Assembly: GCA_017882765.1 (NCBI GenBank)
Contig: JADGOW010000001.1
Coordinates: forward strand, 1-38,446
DNA length: 38,446 nucleotides
Reading direction: 5' to 3'
Origin: Frankiaceae bacterium
GTDB taxonomy: Bacteria; Actinomycetota; Actinomycetes; Frankiales; Frankiaceae
Part shown: positions 32,701-38,446 of the stretch, piece after piece
Layout: every line of letters starts with the position of its first letter
How positions within the stretch are numbered: position 1 is the first letter of the stretch
The notes under the pieces: model-generated
What the model was told of the DNA's origin: nothing
Databases searched by the model: none
What the model saw: only the letters and a program-made list of their open reading frames with translations
Translations under genes and position numbers: made by a program

Positions 32701-34368
32701 GGTCGGGTCGAGCAGGTTACCCTCCGGGCCGATGCTGCGCCCGAGGCTGGTGACAAGCTCCTCTCGGATGGCGTCCAGCGGCGGGTTCGTCACCTGGGCG
32801 AACAGTTGCGCGAAATAGTCGAACAGCATCCGTGGCCGCTTCGACAGGACCGCGACCGGGGTGTCGGTACCCATCGACCCGATCGGCTCGTAGCCGGCCT
32901 TGGCCATCGGCGCGACGAGGATTCGCAGCTCCTCCTCGGTGTAACCGAACACCTGCTGGCGGCGCAGCACGGAGTCGTGGCCGTAGACGATGTGCTCGCG
33001 GTCGGGCAGGTCCGACAGCTGCACGACACCGGCGTCCAGCCACTCCTCGTACGGTTTCGAGGCGGCCAGGTCCGACTTGAGTTCGGCGTCGTCGACGATG
33101 CGGCCCTTCGCGGTGTCGACGAGGAACATCCGGCCCGGCTGCAGCCGACCCTTCGCGACGATCTCATCGGCCGGGATGTCGAGTACGCCGACCTCGCTGG
33201 CCATGACGACCAGGCCGTCGGCGGTCACCCAGTACCTGCTGGGCCGCAGGCCGTTGCGGTCCAGGACGGCCCCGATCACGGTGCCGTCGGTGAAGGCGAT
33301 CGAGGCCGGGCCGTCCCACGGCTCCATGACGCTGGCATGGAACCGGTAGAAGGCCCGCCGCTGCGGATCCATCTCCTCGTGGTTCTCCCACGCCTCCGGG
33401 ATCATCATGAGGACGGAATGGGCCAGGCTGCGCCCGCCGAGGTGGAGCAGCTCGAGCGTCTCGTCGAAGCTCGCCGAGTCAGAGTGCCCCGGCGTGCAGA
33501 TCGGGAAGAGCCGCTTCAGGTCGCCGGGGATGAGGTCGCTGCGCAGCAGCGCCTCGCGGGCGGCCATCCAGTTGCGGTTGCCGCGGACGGTGTTGATCTC
33601 GCCGTTGTGGGCTATGTAGCGGTAGGGATGCGCGAGCGGCCAGCTCGGGAACGTGTTGGTGGAAAAGCGGCTGTGCACCAGCGCGATGGCAGTCTCCACC
33701 CGCGGGTCGTCGAGGTCCGGGAAATACACCGAGAGCTGGTGGGTGGTCAGCATCCCCTTGTAGACGATCGTCCGGCACGACAGCGAGGCCACGTACACGT
33801 GCACCTCGCGCTCGAGCCGCTTGCGCAGGCAGTAAGCGCGCCGCTCCAGTTCGAGGCCGCCGACGCCGTCGGGCGAGCCCAGGAAGATCTGGCGCATCAG
33901 CGGCTCGACCTCGCGGGATCCCCGGCCGACGATCTCGGAGACCACCGGGACCTGACGCCACCCGAGCAGGGTCAACTTCTCTTGGCGGACGAGCCTGGCG
34001 ATGCTGCGCAGTACCTCGTCGCGGGCCGCCGACTCGCGCGGGAGGAAGACGATCCCAGCGGCGTACCGACCGGCCGGCGGCAGCGGGAAGTCGACCACCT
34101 CACGGAGGAACCCGTCGGGCATCTGCAGGAGGATGCCGGCGCCGTCGCCGGTGTCGGGGTCGCTGCCCTGCGCGCCGCGGTGATCGAGGTTGCGCAGCGC
34201 CGTCAGGCCCTTCTGGACCATGTCGTGGCTGCGGCGTCCTCGCACGTCGACGACGAACGCGACGCCACAGGAGTCGTGCTCATAGGCAGGGTCGTAGAGG
34301 CCCTGCCTGCCTGGGCCGACGGCTGGGTCGAGAGCCTGCGCCCGGTGGCGGGCGGGGGATTGCGACAT
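29797..34368 (-). CDS. gltB: Glutamate synthase (NADPH) large subunit
   Basis: 1523 aa. N-terminal amidotransferase domain with the processing-site Cys ([10 protein letters not shown]), plus the FMN/3Fe-4S central domain and the C-terminal GXGXG domain. Confidence 0.98.
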   Translation of the reverse strand: MSQSPARHRAQALDPAVGPGRQGLYDPAYEHDSCGVAFVVDVRGRRSHDMVQKGLTALRNLDHRGAQGSDPDTGDGAGILLQMPDGFLREVVDFPLPPAGRYAAGIVFLPRESAARDEVLRSIARLVRQEKLTLLGWRQVPVVSEIVGRGSREVEPLMRQIFLGSPDGVGGLELERRAYCLRKRLEREVHVYVASLSCRTIVYKGMLTTHQLSVYFPDLDDPRVETAIALVHSRFSTNTFPSWPLAHPYRYIAHNGEINTVRGNRNWMAAREALLRSDLIPGDLKRLFPICTPGHSDSASFDETLELLHLGGRSLAHSVLMMIPEAWENHEEMDPQRRAFYRFHASVMEPWDGPASIAFTDGTVIGAVLDRNGLRPSRYWVTADGLVVMASEVGVLDIPADEIVAKGRLQPGRMFLVDTAKGRIVDDAELKSDLAASKPYEEWLDAGVVQLSDLPDREHIVYGHDSVLRRQQVFGYTEEELRILVAPMAKAGYEPIGSMGTDTPVAVLSKRPRMLFDYFAQLFAQVTNPPLDAIREELVTSLGRSIGPEGNLLDPTADSCRQIHLPHPVLDNDELAKIVGINDDEDMAGFASVTVSGLFDVTGPDHEAALRARLDDICRQVNEAIEDGARIVVLSDRNSSPAKAPIPSLLLTSAVHHHLIRQKTRTMVGLVVEAGDVREVHHVALLAGYGAAAVNPYLAFESVEDMIARGDLPDVEPRMAIRNLIKALGKGVLKVMSKMGISTIASYTGAQVFEAVGLAQDFVDQYFTGTSSRIEGVGLAEIAAEVVARHARAYPRNPSERAHRGLEVGGEYQWRREGEVHLFNPDTVFKLQHATRTRRYEIFKDYTRTVDDLSAVSGTLRGLFRMRPGVRPPVPLGEVEPVSEIVKRFATGAMSYGSISAEAHETLAIAMNRLGGKSNTGEGGEDARRFLPDENGDLRRSAIKQVASGRFGVTSEYLVDADDIQIKMAQGAKPGEGGQLPGHKVYPWIAQTRHSTPGVGLISPPPHHDIYSIEDLKQLIHDLKNANPQARINVKLVAEIGVGTVAAGVAKAKSDVVLISGHDGGTGAAPLTSLKHAGGPWELGLAETQQTLLLNGLRDRIVVQVDGSMKTGRDVVIAALLGAEEYGFSTAPLVAEGCVIMRVCHLDTCPVGVATQNPKLRKNFAGKPEFVVAFFEFVAEEVREYLAELGFRSLGEAVGHAEMLDMREAVDSWKAEGLDLTPLLHVPERPFGGDFRATTTQDHGLDKALDNTLIQLCDGALLDGRPVWLEMPIRNVNRTVGTMLGSELTKRYGGDGLPDDTISLHFNGSAGQSFGAFVPRGITMTLEGDANDYLGKGLSGGKIIVYPPKDSTFPAEDNIVAGNVAFYGATGGQAYVRGLVGERFCVRNSGVTAVVEGVGDHGCEYMTGGRVVVLGRTGRNFAAGMSGGSAYLLDAVTRRINTEMVDLEALDEHDEAFLAEVVENHARHTGSPVANRLLAEWDLAIARFTKVMPRDYRRVLEAIRRAEAAGRDINAEIMASAHG

Positions 34369-34496
34369 GCGGAACCGTCCCTATCCAGTCTCAGATGAGG
34401 CACAGGGGAACGGACGCCGTTGTCCAGTTGTCATCGACGGTACGGGAGAGCCCGCGCCAGTGTCGAGACAACGACATGGGATCACTTCATCGCTCC

Positions 34497-35336
34497 TTAC
34501 GACCGTGGCGCCGGCGCCACTTCGCCGGCGTCCGCGGTCTCGGCTTGCTTCCTGGGACGGCGGCTGACCACGACGATGTAGACCACCGCGACGATGAAAA
34601 GCCCGATGCTGACCCACTCGTTGACCCGCAGGCCCGCCAACATGCTGGCCGGGTCGGACCGCAGCGCCTCGGTCACCGCCCGGCCGGCGCAGTACAGGGC
34701 GACGTAGAGCATGAAGACGCGGCCGCGGTCGAGCTTGAAGCGGCGATCGGCCCAGATGCATACCAGGGCCACGCTGACGTCCCACAGCGACTCATAGAGA
34801 AAGGTCGGTTGGTAGGTGCCGACCGTGCCGTCGCCCTGCTTGATCTGCAGTCCCCAGGGCAGGGACGTCGGGCCGCCATAGAGCTCCTGGTTCCACCAGT
34901 TGCCCCACCTGCCGATCGCCTGGGCGACCGGCAGGGCCGGCGCGACCGCGTCGGCGATGTCGACGAACGACAGGTGCTTGCGCCTCGCCGCGATGTACAC
35001 GCCGAGCGCGCCACCCGCGATCGCGCCCCAGATACCCAGGCCCCCCTGCCAGATGTAGAGCGCCTCGATCGGCTCGCGGGTGCGGTTGGCCCCGAAGTAC
35101 GTCTGCCAATCAGTGATCACGTGATAGAGCCGGGCTCCGACGATGCCGAACGGGACAGCCCACACGACGAGGTCGAGCGCAGTCCCCTTCGCGAAGCCGC
35201 GCGACACGAGGCGGCGTTCGCTGATCACCACCGCGACGACGATTCCAATGATGATCATTACCGCGTACATGTGCAGCTGGAAGTTGCCGATCGGGATCGT
35301 GTTGCGGTCCGGGCTGGGGATCGTCGCGAGGATCAC
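34497..35336 (-). CDS. lgt: Prolipoprotein diacylglyceryl transferase
   Basis: 279 aa. Motifs HMYAVMIIIGI, GARLYHV, QGGLGIWGAIAGG, GRWGNWWNQELYG. The GTG start overlaps the trpA stop (GTGA). Confidence 0.95.
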   Translation of the reverse strand: MILATIPSPDRNTIPIGNFQLHMYAVMIIIGIVVAVVISERRLVSRGFAKGTALDLVVWAVPFGIVGARLYHVITDWQTYFGANRTREPIEALYIWQGGLGIWGAIAGGALGVYIAARRKHLSFVDIADAVAPALPVAQAIGRWGNWWNQELYGGPTSLPWGLQIKQGDGTVGTYQPTFLYESLWDVSVALVCIWADRRFKLDRGRVFMLYVALYCAGRAVTEALRSDPASMLAGLRVNEWVSIGLFIVAVVYIVVVSRRPRKQAETADAGEVAPAPRS

Positions 35337-36271
35337 CGGACCACCTCGTTGCCAGTGTGGCCGCCGGCCGCACCCCCGCCGGGCGCACCCCCGCCGGCCG
35401 CACCCCGGCTCGACCGGACCCCCGCCGCCAGTTCCGCCGCGAGGTCTTCGACCGAGCGGATGCCGGCGCGCTCATCCGGCGCGTCGAGCAACCGGCGCAC
35501 GAAAGCACTCCCCACGATCACCCCGTCCGCGAAGGCGGCCACTTCGGCGGCTTGCTCACCGCTGCTGACCCCGAGCCCGACCGCAACGGGCAGGTCAGTG
35601 TGCTCGCGCGTGCGCGCCACCAGGGCCTGTGCCCGGTCACCGACCGCCGACCGGGCCCCCGTCACCCCCATCGTGGACGCCGCATAGACGAATCCGCGGC
35701 ACGACCGGCAGACGAGGTCGATGCGTGCCGGCGGCGAGGACGGGGCCACGAGGAAGACAGTGTCGAGCTCGTGGAACCGGGCAGCCGTAAGCCAGGCCCC
35801 AGCCTCCTCGATCGTGAGATCCGGTGTGATCGCGCCGGCGCCGCCGGCAGTTGCGAGGTCCGCCGCGAAAGCCTCGACGCCGTAGCGCTCGATCGGGTTC
35901 CAGTACGACATCACCAGTGCCGGCGCCCCATAGGCCGACACCGCGCGGACGGTCGCCAACACGTCCTTCGTCCGAATCCCCGCCGACAGTGACGAATCCA
36001 CCGCCGCTTGGATCGTGGGGCCATCCATCAGCGGATCGGAGTAGGGCAGCCCCACCTCGACGATGTCGACACCCGCCTCGACCATGGCCGAGTACGCGTC
36101 GACGCAGCCCTGGCGTGAGGGGAATCCAGCCGGTAGGTAGCCGATGAGCACCGCACGTCCCTCGGCGCGGGCCCGCGCGAACGTGCCGGCTGTGCCGGCT
36201 GTGGCCCCAGGGCCGGCGGGGCCGCCCGGCGCCTGCTGCCCTTCCGCCTGCCCGGCAGGTGAGCTCACCAT
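35333..36271 (-). CDS. trpA: Tryptophan synthase alpha chain, with Gly/Ala/Pro-rich N- and C-terminal extensions
   Basis: Part of ORF 35333..36352. The ATG at 36271 overlaps the trpB 3' end (ATGGTGA). Core motifs: [35 protein letters not shown]. Confidence 0.95.
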   Translation of the reverse strand: MVSSPAGQAEGQQAPGGPAGPGATAGTAGTFARARAEGRAVLIGYLPAGFPSRQGCVDAYSAMVEAGVDIVEVGLPYSDPLMDGPTIQAAVDSSLSAGIRTKDVLATVRAVSAYGAPALVMSYWNPIERYGVEAFAADLATAGGAGAITPDLTIEEAGAWLTAARFHELDTVFLVAPSSPPARIDLVCRSCRGFVYAASTMGVTGARSAVGDRAQALVARTREHTDLPVAVGLGVSSGEQAAEVAAFADGVIVGSAFVRRLLDAPDERAGIRSVEDLAAELAAGVRSSRGAAGGGAPGGGAAGGHTGNEVVR

Positions 36272-37572
36272 CCCTCCCCTGCGGGCTCCGGGGAGGTGAC
36301 CGATTCCAGCGCCGCCTGCACCACGTCGGTGTCGGAGAGCAGGCCGAACCACCGGGCCGCGGTGTCGACGTCCTTGTCTCCCCGGCCGGAGCAGTTGATG
36401 ACGATCAGCGCGTCCGGGCCCAGTTCCCGCCCGAGATCGACGGCCCCGGCTATCGCGTGCGCCGACTCGATGGCCGGAAGGATGCCCTCGGTACGGGCGA
36501 GCAGCCGGAACGCATCCATCGCGGCGCGGTCATCGACAGTCACGTACTGCGCGCGCCCGCAGTCGCGCAGGAACGAATGCTCGGGCCCGACGCCCGGGTA
36601 GTCCAGGCCGGCGCTGATCGAATGGGTGGGCAGCGTCTGCCCGTCCGGGTCTTGGAGCAGGTATGTGCGCATCCCGTGCAGCACGCCGGCGGACCCGCCG
36701 GCCAGCGTCGCTGCGTGGCGGCCGGACGCCAAGCCGTCGCCGCCGGCCTCGCAGCCGAGCAGCCGGACCTCGCGATCGGCAAGGAAAGGATGGAAGATGC
36801 CGATGGCGTTCGACCCGCCCCCGACGCAGGCCACCACCGCATCCGGCAGCCGGCCGGCGAGCTCGAGCACCTGGCGGCGCGTCTCGACGCCGATGACCCG
36901 CTGGAAGTCGCGCACCATCAGTGGGAACGGGTGCGGTCCCAGCACGGACCCGATGCAGTAGTGGGTGGTCTCCACGTTGGTCACCCAGTCGCGCATGGCC
37001 TCGTTGATCGCGTCCTTGAGGGTCGCGCTACCGGTGGCGACGGGGATCACCTCAGCCCCCAGCAGGCGCATCCGAGCCACGTTGAGTGCCTGCCGCCGCG
37101 TGTCCTCCTCGCCCATGTAGACCACGCACTCCAGCCCGAACAGGGCGCAGGCTGTCGCGGTCGCGACGCCGTGCTGACCCGCCCCGGTCTCGGCGATGAC
37201 GCGCGGCTTGCCCATCCGTACGGCGAGCAGAGCCTGGCCCAGCACGTTATTGATCTTGTGACTACCCGTGTGGGCCAAGTCTTCCCGCTTGAGGAGAAGG
37301 CGCGCCCCATCGGCATGCGCCGACAGCCGCTGCACCTCCGTCAGCGGCGTCGGACGTCCCGCGTATGAGGCGAGCAGGCCGTCAAGACGCGCCGCGAACG
37401 CTCGATCTTGCCGGGCCGACTGGTAGGCATCCGCCAACTCGTCGAGCGCGGGGATCAGTGCCTCAGGCACGAACCGCCCGCCGTAGGGGCCGAAATGCCC
37501 GTTCCCGTCGGGCTCGGACACTGTGCCGTCGGGCCCGGCCAGCAGCCGCCCGGGACCGAACATGCCGGTCAC
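36265..37572 (-). CDS. trpB: Tryptophan synthase beta chain
   Basis: 435 aa; GTG 37572, with ATG 37563 as an alternative start. Motifs: [37 protein letters not shown]. Confidence 0.97.
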   Translation of the reverse strand: MTGMFGPGRLLAGPDGTVSEPDGNGHFGPYGGRFVPEALIPALDELADAYQSARQDRAFAARLDGLLASYAGRPTPLTEVQRLSAHADGARLLLKREDLAHTGSHKINNVLGQALLAVRMGKPRVIAETGAGQHGVATATACALFGLECVVYMGEEDTRRQALNVARMRLLGAEVIPVATGSATLKDAINEAMRDWVTNVETTHYCIGSVLGPHPFPLMVRDFQRVIGVETRRQVLELAGRLPDAVVACVGGGSNAIGIFHPFLADREVRLLGCEAGGDGLASGRHAATLAGGSAGVLHGMRTYLLQDPDGQTLPTHSISAGLDYPGVGPEHSFLRDCGRAQYVTVDDRAAMDAFRLLARTEGILPAIESAHAIAGAVDLGRELGPDALIVINCSGRGDKDVDTAARWFGLLSDTDVVQAALESVTSPEPAGEGW

Positions 37573-37585
37573 TGCGCGACCCGCG

Positions 37586-38392
37586 TCACTGGGTTCCCTG
37601 CGTGGCGGGGTGCGCGCCCGCCGTCACCAATTCGGCGACGAACTGACGCGGGGAGACACCCGTGACGGCCGCCTCTCCCACCAGGACAGCGTGCGCTCCC
37701 GCGGCAGCGTACGCGAGCAGGTCGTGCGGCCCCCGAACCCCGGACTCGGCGACGAGGGTGACCGTTGCCGGGATGTGCGGGGCGAGCCGGGCGAACGTCG
37801 CCCGGTCGACCCGGAGGGTGCGAAGGTCGCGGGCGTTGATGCCCACCAACCGCGCGCCGGCATCGAGCGCGCGCGTCACTTCGCTTTCGTCGTGCACCTC
37901 CACGAGCGGCGTCATCCCCAAGCTCTCGACCCGTTCGAGCAGCCCCACGAGCCGGGGCTGCTCGAGAGCGGCGACGATCAGCAGGACGAGGTCGGCCCCG
38001 TGCGCCCGGGCCTCCCAGACCTGATACGGCGTGACGATAAAGTCCTTGCGCAGCACAGGGACGTCCACCGCCACTCGAACGGCGTCGAGGTCGTCGAGAC
38101 AGCCGCCGAACCGGCGCTGTTCGGTCAGCACCGAGATCGCCGCAGCCCCCGCGTCCTGGTAGTCGCTCGCGAGCCGAGCCGGATCGGGGATCGTCGCGAG
38201 GTCACCCCTGGACGGGCTGCGGCGCTTGACCTCCGCGATGACGCTGACGCCGCGGCGCCGGAGCACTGTCAGCGCGTCCAGCGGCGGGCCGGCACTGCGC
38301 GCGTGCTGCTTGAGCCGCTGCATCGGGACGAGGGCCTCCCGCTCCGCCACGTCGGCGCGCACCCCGTCGAGAATGTCGTCGAGGACGCTCAC
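37586..38392 (-). CDS. trpC: Indole-3-glycerol phosphate synthase
   Basis: 268 aa, GTG start. Motifs: [52 protein letters not shown]. Confidence 0.95.
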   Translation of the reverse strand: MSVLDDILDGVRADVAEREALVPMQRLKQHARSAGPPLDALTVLRRRGVSVIAEVKRRSPSRGDLATIPDPARLASDYQDAGAAAISVLTEQRRFGGCLDDLDAVRVAVDVPVLRKDFIVTPYQVWEARAHGADLVLLIVAALEQPRLVGLLERVESLGMTPLVEVHDESEVTRALDAGARLVGINARDLRTLRVDRATFARLAPHIPATVTLVAESGVRGPHDLLAYAAAGAHAVLVGEAAVTGVSPRQFVAELVTAGAHPATQGTQ

Positions 38393-38446
38393 GAGCCCGG
38401 CCCGCAGCCGTCGACGGGGGTCAGCATGCCCTCCAGGGTAGGCCGA

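Noticed and set aside
38421-38446. Possible 3' end of an upstream minus-strand gene (TGA at 38423..38421) at the right edge.
   Set aside because: Only about 8 codons are visible, which is too little to support a feature.

Overview
Very GC-rich chromosomal segment with actinobacterial gene order and codon bias; in the confident genes almost every third codon position is G/C. I found no transposase, integrase, CRISPR array or phage genes. Right half (about 22-38.4 kb, mostly minus strand) is a conserved housekeeping block: polA, a CDF metal exporter, a PaaI thioesterase, a GNAT acetyltransferase, the ANTAR response regulator pdtaR, tRNA-Leu(CAA), gltB-gltD, lgt and trpA-trpB-trpC. Left half (1-21 kb) is more accessory. 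It holds a membrane-bound group-1 uptake [NiFe]-hydrogenase operon (small subunit, large subunit, cytochrome b, maturation protease, hypA) with divergent hybE-hypC. Next to it is a dense set of short-chain acyl-CoA genes: a CoA-transferase, a PrpE-like ligase, Acs, the SatP acetate channel, two more AMP-forming ligases, an acyl-CoA dehydrogenase (ACAD), a TetR regulator and GTP-PEPCK. Main second-look items: (1) A 30-bp near-palindrome sits in the TetR/ACAD divergent region. It recurs 37/41 identical 7.4 kb away, together with the ACAD ribosome-binding site, its first five codons and a decayed, frameshifted ACAD-like remnant upstream of the PrpE-like ligase. A degenerate third copy lies upstream of the FadD-like ligase. 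(2) The hydrogenase small subunit reads C-A-G-D where the canonical proximal Fe-S cluster motif has its second Cys. (3) The hydrogenase operon runs through five overlapping stop/start junctions into a CoA-transferase gene. (4) An FHA-like/HTH-like hypothetical protein lies convergent with pckG. (5) In-frame 15-bp tandem repeats occur in hypA, hypC and the trpA tail, and several intergenic microsatellites and hairpins are present. Long ORFs antisense to the real genes are treated as GC-driven shadow ORFs.
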